The translations under genes were made by a program, and so were the position numbers. DNA of 64,000 bases. It comes from Daphnia carinata (taxonomy: Eukaryota). Positions within the stretch are counted from its first letter, which is position 1. Each line of letters begins with the position of its first letter. The DNA is taken from the NCBI RefSeq assembly GCF_022539665.2, contig NC_081332.1:558001-622000 (forward strand), in the 5' to 3' direction. The notes below the pieces were generated by a model. That model worked only from the letters and a program-made list of their open reading frames with translations, ran no database searches and had not been told where the DNA came from. This document shows positions 14,201-27,100 of this stretch, piece after piece.

Positions 14201-17200
14201 TCTCCAACTGACGGGCCAAATAAACGGAGTCGGGGTGCGTTCGACATCCAGTGACAGACCCCCCAAAAGTATTGTTTGGCTCCGGTAGACAACAGGGACA
14301 CATTCGCTTGCATCCACCCCTCACCCTCTCACCCCTCACGGTCCCTAACTCTTTTAGAAGCATGCAGTCGAACGCCCTTACTATATAGATCTGTTAGTTG
14401 GTCTTCAGCACCTTCTAGCCAATTGGGTTTGTTAATTCGGCAACGAGGAACCCTTTTTTTTTTGCTTTCGGCCGGAACTTTGTCAGGATGCGCGTTCCAC
14501 GCACGAGTATAGCTGGCAAAGTACGTAGTCTATATACCGTATGTCAACTTTTATGCGTGAAAAAAAAGAGGGCTCGATAAGGCCCCTTTTCGGAATAGCC
14601 AACAACCCCTCACTTTCCACCCTCTTTCCTTCTGTCCTTTCCACTGTTGCCTATCTTCCTCTTGGGTAATGCGTTTCTTTCGAGAACCCTTTGTTCCACC
14701 GACAAGCCCGATATCTTCAAGTCCCATCTATCAACGTTTTTGGTCGCGCGCGCTTAAATCTTTTTTTTTCTTTTTTTTTTTTTTTTGTTCTCTCTTTTTT
14801 TTTCTTTCCTATACACTCAGCAATCCTCCCCAATGCATTTCCCGGACAGACTGCTGGAACTATCCCCTTCTCTTCTACCACCACCCTATACTAAACCCCC
14901 AAGCTGCCCCCGCAGTGTAGAAAGAAGTTTTTGTGTTATGGAGGGTCTACCGATCGTGAAATGATATGCAAATGAAAAAAGACAAAAAAAAAATAACAAA
15001 AAACAAAAAAAAAAAAAGAGAAAAGAGAAAAAAAAAAGAAAAGGGAAAGAAAACAACATTCAGGATGCAGTCTAGAGAACACACACGCACACGCTGTTTA
15101 TGTATTGATCAGTTGAGGCAGACTTTCAGAGGAGTTGGTCTCCATTGCCAGCGTCTCGCACGTCATCCAGTTCTACTTAAATCAAAAGAAACTGGAACGC
15201 AAAGAAGAAAACAAGAGAAAAAATGCTTAAAGGAATAAATGCTGGTTTTTCGATGTAAACGCATGTGTGGGACGGACCTAATTTCTGATTTGCGTGTTTC
15301 ATTAGAACGCAATGTGATGATACACAGTAGCTTTTGAATAGTACGATTTACTGCAGTTTCTTACTTGCCTGTTTCGTTTCATTCCATTACTCGAATACAG
15401 AGGCAAAACAAATCCCTTCTTAAATGGCATGAGCAAATGATTCACGAGTCACAAGCGTTCATCTTGTTGATCGCTACATTCATTGACTATAGAACGGGAA
15501 ACTGTTACTCTTGCTGGTGTTTGCGTTGTTAAAAGCGAAGCCTAAAAATATCTCCGTCGTTAACTCCCAGTCTCGAAATAAAACGATGAGCAAAGTAGTG
15601 GATCGTTGGTGGTGCGCTTCTTTAACATTTGCAGCTCAGCTTTTACGCGACGGGGTCAGTTGATTCTTTATGACCCTTAATTGGCCACAAAACGAGTACC
15701 TTTTCATCTTCCCATCTTGTTGTTGTTGTATACGTTGCTTTGCCTTTTTAAAGGGGAGGTAAAGCAGCAGCCATAGGAAGTATGTGCCTTCGTGGTGAGG
15801 CAGTCACGTCCCATTAATTAGGTCAGGTGCCACCAGCCCTATAGTCTTGACTGTATAAATGAAAGACGTACACGTACATCCCGTTTGGCTTTTCTCATCC
15901 CCATTTCCTCGCCTCTATTTTGATCTTGTCCTTCTTAATGTACTAGTGTACATATACTCACAACAGACAGGTATTTTTATTCTTATTCTTGTTTTGTTTT
16001 ATTTTTTTGTTTTTTTGTTTTGTTTTTTGGTTAAAGGGTCTGCATAGTAGGCCATCACCAAAATAGTACCCTTTAATTCACCGTGGCTTTTAGTTCCCCC
16101 CTCCTTCGCTCTAACTATTCAGTTCTACTCCACAAATCTTCGTGTAATATCCCGCCTCCTTCCTCCCGTCCATAGAAGCCATCTGCGTTCCAGTGCAAGG
16201 GATGGAATTTCGTTGTTTTTTAAATGGCCGAGAAAAGACGAGCGGAATGAGAGGGGAAATCATATATGGAAGACAACGAGAAGAAAAAAAAAGATAGAAC
16301 AAGAAAAAAAAAAGAACCAACAAGATGGGAGATGGTTATACACGACTCGATGGTGGCGGCGAAAATGAACCTTCATTACCGTTTACTAAGCTATCTTCTG
16401 TGGGATTACTTTTTGGTTTTTGTGTGGTGGTATGATAGTTGGGACGAGTTGGGGAGGAGGAGGAGGCGGGCATCCAAGCGGCACGCAGGTGTGAATACGC
16501 CGGTCTTGCACGCAACCTTCTTTTTGGCGTGACAACCCAACGGCCAGGAGGCTGAACCTCAAAGAAAGGGGAGGAGCCACGCATATTTCTTGCGCAAGCC
16601 GAGTCGCTGACTACCAAAGGAGTTGCGCCTTCTTCAAATCGGAGTTCATTTTTTTTCTCAATATATAAATACATTTTAGATGTGTCTATGTGTGTGTTAA
16701 AAAAGACTGTCGACATACAGTTTTTTCACGTGTTTTTGTTGGTCCACTATAAAAAAAAAACGAAACATGAAATGAAATGATGTACAATAAACGCGAAGAT
16801 ACTCAAGACGTCAGACGACTAAACGAACTATTTATTTGTTTCCTTTCTCTGACAATTCTGTATATACTTTTCTATATGTACAGTAATATCGACGGCCAGC
16901 CGGGTTTCTACTTCCTTTTTTTTTTCTTGTTTTGTGTTCTTTTGTTTTCAGGGGGCTCAACCGCACGACATTTGACACCAAATAAAGAGACGGAGGGATT
17001 GAGAGAGAGGGGGGGGGGAGGGAGAGGGAGGAATAGAGCAAAAACTGGTGGGGACAAGAACCGTGCGATAGGAAGAGGTATAATGTTTAAAGGAGAGAGA
17101 TTGACGACTGGTAGGTCAATCTGCATTTCCAAATGTGTCCCGTCAGATTGATCGGCACCCTGTCATGCGCCGAACGTGTCACGACAGCTTGAATCGACCC

Positions 17201-17516
17201 AATCACGCGTTGCGTTCGTCGAGAAAACAGGGGAGGGAGTTGCAGTTTATCCACCGAAGTTTGGGTTTTTTGTTTTACTGTATACGTGTGTGGGTTTAGC
17301 ACAGGAGACATCGTACTTGTACATAACAAACGCTTATCAGCGCCAAGAAAGAATTATTTTTTAAAAAACCCAAAGAGCGAAAAAAAATTGAAAATTAAAA
17401 AAATTAATTAAATAATCCAATGTTGAAAATAGTAGAAACGAAGACAGAAGAGAAACAACTGATATCAACCAACTAAACTTACAGAAACTTAACCACGACC
17501 CTTCTTCTTTTATGCC

Positions 17517-17522
17517 TTTATT
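17517..17522 (-). promoter_or_regulatory. Candidate Lim1 polyadenylation signal AATAAA
   Basis: AATAAA on the minus strand about 590 nt after the stop codon; other candidates are possible. Confidence 0.35.
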
Positions 17523-18112
17523 CCTTTACTCTGTACGCTATTCAAAAAGATCAGTTTCAGTAGTGAAGACACGCCAACTGAAACAGACGCTGCCAACAGG
17601 TCAAAAATAACAACGAAGAAAAAAAAAGAAGAAAAAAAAGTAGGGACAGGAAAAAAAAAAAACAACACACACCTACAATATGTAATTCGTTCAACGGTTT
17701 CTTTTTTGTCGTGCGGCTTGGTTGGATAGCTCTCGAGATGCCCTTCAACGAGTGCAGCAGCAGCGCTCACTTTTTTGCTCAAAAAAACTGGCTCACTCAA
17801 GACTTGGGCTTCTACCCATGACAATACATCGTAAAGTTGGATCCAAATGAGGAAGAAGGGGGGCTACACTTGACGCTAATGATTGCGCAATGCAATGTTG
17901 CTGTAATCACACGCATCTATAACATTGTATAGCATGGCCTAGAAAAAAGACAAAAGAATTTTTTCCACTCTCTTGTTTTATCTTATTTTTTTTTCTGCTC
18001 CTCTCTGTGTGCGCTGTTGCACGCAGCGTGTCATCGAAAGTCGACACGGTTTCTCTTCTACTTCTTGATTCCTACACGAACGCCTTCACGCCCACAAATG
18101 AACTGACTAAAG

Positions 18113-18165
18113 TCACCAGACGAGGCCTTCGTTCATTTGCTGATGCTCCGCAAAGTTACCCGAAC
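18113..18165 (-). CDS. Lim1: Lim1 exon 7 (terminal coding exon)
   Basis: Acceptor [26 protein letters not shown]; resembles the conserved Lhx1-type C-terminal motif (MNExxVW). Confidence 0.88.
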
Positions 18166-21100
18166 CTAAGAACATGGACAGAACGGAAAAAAATACGAAT
18201 TAATAAATTGTCATTTGAATTACGTTGTTTTGTTTTTGTTATTGAACTGCTCGCAAACGGCCTGTGTTATTGCCGATTTAAGAAATCTCAATAAGGACTG
18301 GCTTTCAGCATGAAAAAGAATATTATAATTACCTCCAGGCATGAAGTCTGGACTTGAGCGCTGCGAGATCAGGTCGTTCGGAGTCAGATACTGAGATGGG
18401 TCGCCCATTTGTCCGAATTCACCTCCACCCATTCCCGAGGATGGATCCATACCCATTCCTATTACAAAATAACAGATAATAACAATTTAGAAAAGGACAA
18501 ATTTGTCAACAATCATTCGCGGTTTCAATTACGTCATTCAAACAAGACCGTCCTATCTAAAGACGTAAACTTGCGACTGTATCCAATTTCAACCCCTTTG
18601 TCAGTTTGAAAGCGAAGCTAATCGTTAATCATGTCACCTTCACAGCTTATCATTAGTTTTAGTTCAACAAGCTTAGATTTGCGAACTGATGTCCGCCCTG
18701 TTTTGTCGAACAAAAGTCCAAGTGCTTTTCACTGCAGCCAGGCAGTGATGTTAAACTAGTAGCCGCTAAACAAGGCGATCGTTGTGCGTTAGGCGTTAGA
18801 CGTCATATTTTTGCGTGTGCTCGTATATGGCAAGAGGCATGATTGGTTTGATTGACAAACGACGTTATAGATTTGAACAGGCTTTGATGGACGTGTGTTT
18901 TCTATGTCGTTTTGAAGCAACAAGATTTGCGTTGTAACAAAGAGAGGCCTATAGACTGCCGGTTGTTCATAGGCCTTCGCCATAGAGAGTGCTTCACTCT
19001 AGACGGAATAGACATCGAGTTAGCTGTGCATACAGTTACACACCAACCGCACACGATGAATAGAAGACACTATTGCACTCCTAGGCGAACTACATAGTAC
19101 ATATAAAGTTGCCGCATGTCGCTCGCTCTCTCTATAGTTGTGTCAACCATAGCGCACATCGCCTTCTCTCTGTACAGACCTTGGGTGCTGCATCGCTGCA
19201 TCTGTCACCGATTCAAAGCGGCCGAAGCCGGTTAGAAAAGTCAACAGCTTGAACTGTGCAGTCAACTCAATACACCAACCCGAGGGAAACTTTTTTTTTT
19301 TTTTTTTTATTTTATAGGTATATATTTTTTTTTTATTCACCATTTGTCCTCCCCCTTTTTCTGATGTTGAGCAACCAAAGCTTATATTTCCCTCCTCTTT
19401 TTTTTTGTCTCCCTACCTCCCTCTCTTATAGAAGTCTATGATGTTGCACGTATCGAAAGAAAGAGGGAACTTAATCCCTCTTGTGCCAAACGTATATATA
19501 TATATCCAGGACCAACAAGCGAAAGAGGGAAAGCTATAGGCTCTGGCTTGCAAGTATAAAAGCTATCGGTACCGTCCGCCCAACAGTCTCCTTTTGATCT
19601 GGCCTGCTGTCTGTTATCTCTGACGGACAGGCGGACGAGAGCCGTGCGCCAGCACACCAACCGGCTTTACTCTTCGCTATCATCCTCCCCTGTCTCAGCT
19701 ATCCACAGCATAGTGAGCCCAACAGAACTCGGCCGGATATTCGGGAATGTTTTTAAATCTTTTTTGGAAATCCTATTATTTCTGCTAGACCAGAATCGCA
19801 CTCGCCTATACAGCTATATCTATGGTGGCCGGGGCTATTCAGTTATCCAGCTCCGTAGAATCGACATTTTTTTTCTTTTCTTTTTCTTTTCTTTTCCATT
19901 TTTTTTTTCTTTGACAAAGAAAGCAAATAACTTGTCTTTGGCTTATAGGGATGCTAACGTGTGTTCGTTTGGCCTACGCCTCAGTATGTAGTCTTATATC
20001 AACTGTGTAGTTGCATCTGTAGCCAGATCTATTAAGCTTACGAAAAGAGTTGCGCACGAGGTGAATTTTTTTTTTATCAGTACTGGCGATTAATGTGGAA
20101 ATTAAATAGTTGATTATTTTTCAACCCCTGGCATGCACCATTTTTAAATATTCCTTTAAGGAATAATAAGATGCCGGCTAGCCTTTTTTCTTCTGGTTCC
20201 GATAAGTTTATTCTACGAGCCTATTTCGAGTCTGAACTACTAAAATAAATATTTTTTACCTTTCCGATAAATTGGCGTATATTTATGTTATTTATGAACT
20301 TGGTTCGATAGATGAAAATGCATTTCTGTGTCGATGAATGTTGTTTTTATTCAGGTTCGGCACGGTGTTAGAGGTCGGTGTTGGTTATGAATGTCCCATC
20401 ATTTCTCCTATAACTACCCAGAGGTCTCAATGAGCTCGCAGCCGATTAAGCCTCCCTCTATGTAACATCAAATGGTGGGATTGGACCAATGTTTGTATAC
20501 TGTTTATCCTGCACACACGCCGCGTCCGCTGACCGTCCGTTCACCGAGCAATTTTTGCATTTTATTTACCCAAATCGATCGCACGGGACGTGCTACTCCC
20601 TCGACGACTTGCGAACGGAACGACGGCAGCAAGGGCTCGCGACTGCCCTTCACAACCAACTATTTGCTATTGGTACTCGTTTCCCAACATATCGGATTAC
20701 TGCACACAAACTATGAATTGCTGTCTGCCGAAAAATGCAGTCGACGACGCTGTTCTGCTTATTTAACATTTCTGGATTGTAGGCCAAACTGTGGCCAATC
20801 TACCGACGCAGCCAAAAGTTGTTCACAGTTCCCTAGACGATGACAGAGACAATGGCTAACACTAACAAATATCGTTACGCTTGAATTTTTTTTTTACCTA
20901 CTCTTTCTTTCATTTTATTTCCTTATTTTTTTTTTAGGTTTGATTGAAGAAACTAGGGGTCCTAGCAGAATACGGGTTGTCAATCACAAGTTCACAACAG
21001 TTGAAACGTGTCAAAACTATTTCGCAACAAAGAAAAGAAGCCTACAAGACTGTGTACATGTTCGTCAATCTCCGGAGACATGAAAGCAGAGGAGTATTCG

Positions 21101-24100
21101 TTCAACAGACCACCAAACACGATCAAGTGTCTTATGCGCTCGACTTGGGCCACGACTTGACAGATCGAATTTCAGGTTCGATGAACATGCACGCCTCATC
21201 GAACGCAACGAAAAAAAAAAAAAACTAAAAAATACTTCATCTGCTCCGGTAATTTTGGTGATACGGGTCCGAAAATGTTTAGAAAAATCTGCCCTGATGA
21301 GTGAAACTCCGAGTCAAGTTTCAAAAAGAAATTCCAAAGAGATCTGCGACCAAGTCGAAAGAGCGCAGAGGATTGAGCTCTTGTTAGGATGTTTCTTTCA
21401 AGCAACAACATGTAATCGGAATAAAATCATTCTTTGATTTCTTTGTAAATGTCTTTACCTATCGAGGATTTTACTTCATGCTCCTTGTCCTTGGTAATAA
21501 ATTGAAATTAAGGAAAGCGTTGCCCTACAATTTGATATGGTCATCTGACGTTTTTGTGGATTTGTTTGTCTTTGACATTTCCCGCATTCTGTACCCACTG
21601 TGAACAGCTAGGCGTGGCTATTCCCATGTCAATTGCTTCTTCGGGTTTTATTTTGGACACCATTTGAATGCGGGAACGCGGTCTGAGTCCAGCAAAAGGA
21701 GGGGATGGAGCAGTCCAGTCCGCAAGCAACTCTTATAGAACTCGAAAGAAGTTGACTAGACTTACCAGGTCCGCCGCCAAAAGGCGCGTTTCCAGCTGGC
21801 CCTTGAGCTCCTGCACCGGGGGGTGCTCCAGGTACTCCTTGCGCGGATGAAGGGGGCGGGGGAGGAGGCGGATGAGGTCCACCAAAGAAGTCACCAAATG
21901 GAGGGTTGGGATGATGTTGCAGTGGATGAGGCGGTCCGTGCGAATGCAGGCCAAAATGTGGATGAGGGCCTCCAGGTGCTCCGCCATAAGCGAAATCCGC
22001 AGCGTATTTGGGATCGAAGTAAGGGTTGAATCCACCAACGACGCCAGAGCCGTCGTCCATACCCGGGCTTACCGGGAAACCTCGTAGCTTGCGTGAAGCT
22101 CCAAAGTACGGCCTCAGACCCATGGAAGTCAACTGCTTCAATCGGCGTTCCTTGGAGCGCTTGTTCTGGAACCACACCTACACAACCGCACAAAACCAAA
22201 TGTTGACAGAATGAAACTAATCCAATAGAGGGTCGTACAGCTGAATGCCTTTGACAGAAACAACACGCTTCAAAGTCTGTAGCTAAGTTGTATGCTCTAT
22301 GTCTTTGATGCACTGTTCGTAAATCTACGTTAAAATCCAGAATACACAATGGTAGGCTTCATCTTTCCTAGATACTATTATGTTTGAAATTCTTGTCAAA
22401 ACAAAGATGTCGCTGGTTGTGCATTTCATCAGCGAAACAAAACAAAACAAAAAAAAAAGCTAAAAAAAAGAAGTAGATCTTAGTGGCTATTCGCACGATA
22501 TTTGTTTTCTGATCACTTGAAAGATGCTAAATTGTTCTCGGCTCGGACCAACATAAGGAAGGCCTGCTTTTACAAAAGGCAGTTGAACACGCAAACGAAG
22601 ACGATACTGACCTGGATGACTCGCATAGGTAAGCCCGTCTCCTTGGCCAGCTGCTCTCGAATGTGCCTCGTCGGTTTCGGCGTCTGAGAGAATGCATTCT
22701 TGAGGATCTCCAGCTGTTTGGCTTTGATGGTGGTACGGGGACCACGTCGTTTGGATCCAGCACCGCCTTCGTCCGGAGATTTGGATTCGGACGGGTTGTC
22801 ACTGCGGCTCTCGCCTTCTCCATCCCCATCAACCGAGCCTACGCAAGATTCATCAAAGACGCATACATTTATTAAACCATTTTTCATTCTTCGTTGTTTT
22901 TTCTTCTATAGTCGACTGTGGTCGACATCACCGTACTTCAAGAAACGAATCGAAAGAACAAAAGAGAAAAAGAAAAAACCAAAGAAAAAAAAAAAAAAAA
23001 AAAAGAGAAACGAAATGAAAAAGAAAGAAAGGAAAAGGGAGGCAGAAGCCAGTGCGTACCTTCGGAATCGTTGCCATCCTTGTCGTCGATGGTGGTAGAG
23101 GGTGTAGAAGGCCGCTGAGGTTTGATGACAATGCCATCGGAGGATGGAGGTGGCGGTATGATTAGGCCCTGCGTGATGGGAGTCAGCGGTCGGTTCGGAG
23201 AGGGCATGGTTAAGCTGCTGGCCCCACTGCTGCTCAGTGCACTAACAGGACAATGATGGTTGTGATTGTTGTTGTTGGCTTCCTTCTCGATAGAGAGCGA
23301 GATGGAGAGAGTCTCGTCGTCGTCGTCATCCGATGCCGAATTCAGCAGCAGCTCTGTATTCATGCAAATCCAAAAGGAAATCCATTCGTCAGTCATTTTA
23401 TACGATGCAGCGTCTACTCTGCCAGTAACAGCCTTGCATGTCAAGCAACTTGACGACAAAAGGATCGATAGAGTCGCGCCCAACATTCGGGCTTTTCTTC
23501 ATAGTTCATCGTCACAACGTAAACAATATGAGCCTGTAAGAATTCCGTTAAATCCGCGTCTGGAGTCAACGTCTCCACGCTAGACCGCCCTAGACATCCT
23601 TTACGTATCGTCATTTCCTTAGCGTACCATCATCTACAACAAACTCGACAATAAGAAACGGTACAAAGTCAGTCGCAATATTGAACCAACTGCCCAACAT
23701 GATGCGATTCGGAGAACTTGAGCCGTTGGATGCGGGTCACCCAAACGAAAATGCCTGAAATCCGTCATCCACAACACTTGCTCCTCATGGCTATTTAAAT
23801 TTCTTGTGTGTGGTGAGCCAAGCAAAGAAATGCGTTTTTCACATGGGGCGCACCATAGCGTGCGCATTGTGTCAGAATGGAATCATGCGTCTAGCCCAGT
23901 TTGGCCTGCCGGCGAAAACTAGCCAAGACTAACATTTATTTTTATATACAGTTTTACGGTATATAAACGTATATGTATACGAATGTAGTACTGTCCGTCC
24001 ATCCACTGTATATGATGAATCCACAACACAACAAAAGAAGGGGGGGAAAAAACCATTGTCAGAAGAAGAAAAGAAAAACAAGAGAAGGGGGGAGGGGAGG

Positions 24101-27100
24101 AAGAAGTTGTCGGCAAGGGGAGGGCAGTAAAGGGAGGAGAGCAGGAGAACAAGAAGAGAAGGAGGGAAAAGGGGAGGGTTAAAGTTCACAATGATGGACG
24201 CATGTCAGCCCAGCAGGAGGTCACTGTTGAAGTCCTGTTGTCGGCACACGGTCCTCTTTTTATTCCATTTTATTTCCCTTCTTTTTTTTTCTTCCAACCC
24301 ATCCTCTGTCTTGTCTCAAGATGAAAAGAAGAGAGCAAGAAAATGAAAAGAAATCAACTTTACATCGCGGCTATGTTTCAGACATTTCGAAAGAGACCCT
24401 GATTTTTTTTTCGCTTGAACAACACGTCAACACGGTCCCATGGACCGACGAGTGGCTTACATGATTTCAACGACTTCGATGTCAAGACATCAAAACGCGC
24501 AACCGTAGTATTACAGAGATCACCATAGGTTTGTTGTTGTTGTTGTTTTACAGAGGCCTAGAGACGAGTTTTCTCTTTTACAGACTATGAATGTCTGCTC
24601 GTGTGCGCCTCGACATAGTCCTCACATCGTCGCATGTCCTTGTAACTCGAAGCGCTATCCTTACAAACCGATAAGTGATCACAGTGTATAGCTGTTGTGT
24701 CCTAACAGTGGTTTTGCTGTTATCCGAACAGCAGGTAGTCATAACTACCTCACCCTTATAGGCTCCCATCTTTTTGACAGAAGTAACATCCGTTCCGCAT
24801 GTTTTACATCGTGTTCACGTCTATGAAAGTGTGGCCGTTTTTTAAGTCTATTGCCTGGTCGTGGTGCATCCGCCCTCAGCGGCCTTCCTTCTTCATTTGC
24901 ATCCAAGAATGCAACCTCCTTCGCTTCTCTTCCCCTTTTTTCTTTCTTTGACTAAAACAAAACAAAGCCCAACAAAAGCAAACAAGATTCATTGCTATTT
25001 TCAGTGTGTTTCAGAAAAAAGAACAAAAGACGATAATTTGAGAGTTCTACAAGGCACCCTGGTTTGTGTGGGAGTACTATGTCGACTGCCGGCTGTACAT
25101 GTAGGCAAACATGGCAGTGTAAGTTCTCATTTGGAGATTCGTTGTAGCGAAGCAATAGTTAAGAGGCGACGGCTCCCGCGCTGTCGGCCTCCTCTCCCCC
25201 CTCAATTTCAATTTTTTTCCACATTTTCTTCTCGAGTTTTTCAACAGAATTTGTCAATAATTATAAGCTTCACACTATTTGCATATGCTGCTGCGCTTGC
25301 ATAGACTACGATGGCTATAGGCTTTATTATTGATGCTTTTTCCGATAGAGAATTCACTCCCTACACGTGGGTCCTCAGGAAAACTGTTCATTTCGTAGTC
25401 TAACTCGTTTTATTAGGCCTGTCCAAGTGTGTCACGCCAAAGTATCGAGAATTCGTCCGTATTCGGTTGACTGAACTGCTGATGGACCACACAGCACCCA
25501 AAAAACCTTCTGGTAGGAGAGAGCTGTTTGTCAAGACCTAATTTCCCCAATCTCCCTCACCCTAAAGTAGGCTTATGACTATTTCATGAAGTGGGACCGC
25601 AAGCCATTTATTTATCCATGCAGATACAGCTCATTGTGCACACCGCCCGCCAGTTTTCATGGTGCGTTTCCTATGCACACCACAGAACTATAGATGTATT
25701 GTATGTATACAGAGATAGACTCAATCTTTTGTCTGATTCTTGTGGCCTTATTTTCGGTGAATGTACGCGTTGATCTAGGGAGGAACCAGTGACAGAACCA
25801 CCGAGGGTTGATGGCTGTCGATATAGAGAGAGAGATGGAGAATAACGAGCAAATGTTATAAGGCGAGTGTGAGTGGCGTACTGTGAGCGCGTACAATGGG
25901 TACAAAAAAAAAGAGAAAAAAAAAAGAGGGTTGGTCGCCTATACTCAAAGGTCAGAGGTCGCCATGCTAAAATATTCAGCCACGTGCCAAAGGGCGTTGG
26001 AGGGGCTGGTGGACGGGGGGTGCATTGTGAACAACTATGCTTTACAGGTCCTGTGTATATGTGTTCCCTCCCCAAAGTTGCTATCCTGTACGACAGCTAG
26101 TGCTCTTCAATGCGATTGTGTTCGAATTCTAAATAGAAGAAACCGATTTGGGCGTTGCTTATGTGGCTAACCTCCTCCCTCCCCACTGGCTTCGATAACA
26201 TAGTCGATTACATCTAGGTGACTCGATCGAACTATATGTGGCGCTACTGAAAGGAATACGACAAATTCAGCAAGCAAAACAAAACAAAAAAAAATAAAAA
26301 TACAAAAAAAAATACAGTACAAACAAAAAACAACAAACGAAATGTGTGATTGCAGTGAAGGCCCTACAATCTAACGAATTTTTCATTCTTCACGTCATAA
26401 CGGACTCCAGAGCTGAATTATTCGAATTTGAATGTGAGGAAGCAAATCGACAACTTTTTAATACGAGGCTTTTGGGTGAATGACATGAAATTTTTCTATA
26501 AGTGGGATTACGACTAGGACTCTACGATGTCGAAAATAGTCAAATTTCTCAAGGTACGCTGGCAATTGTTTATTCAAATGGATGGCGGAGGCAGCAGCTG
26601 GAACGAAGCTGTGTTATGAACCCGAGCGATGATGATGCCTACGGTAGAGACGCGGTTGGAAATGGCAGCACAATGGGAGACCAAAGGCAAAAAACCAAAA
26701 AGGTAGGAATGGGGGGGGGGGAGGTGGAAGACGGAGAACGGACTCGTATACCGAAATATAGGCAATAGCATAACAATAGAAAAAGAAAGGGCCATCAAAA
26801 AGAAAACCCGTGGTCTCTGCTCTGTTCTCTGCCTGTCTCTTCGATCAGTCCTTCCCTTAAGGAAGATGATCGCCGCATGTTGTCACGGCACGAAACACCG
26901 TTGACCTCCGACCTGCAGCCACTTGTCGCCCAGCATGCATAGACAAGAGCTACCCGCCGGCTTGCTGCTGTTGGCTGCTCCGTTTGGCTTCTACACTATC
27001 AGTTTTACGGTTGAACTATACACTTATGATGTAACCATATTTAAACACACATTTGATGCAACTCGATTTAGCTGCTGTTCGTTCAAACTATAGCAGCATA

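Noticed and set aside
607..17824. Many 60-150 aa ORFs rich in K/R or F/L
   Set aside because: Artefacts of poly(A)/poly(T) and microsatellite tracts; no domain motifs or consistent splice chain
21629..23583. Overlapping plus-strand and alternative-frame ORFs across Lim1 exons 3-5
   Set aside because: Shadow ORFs of GC-rich coding exons
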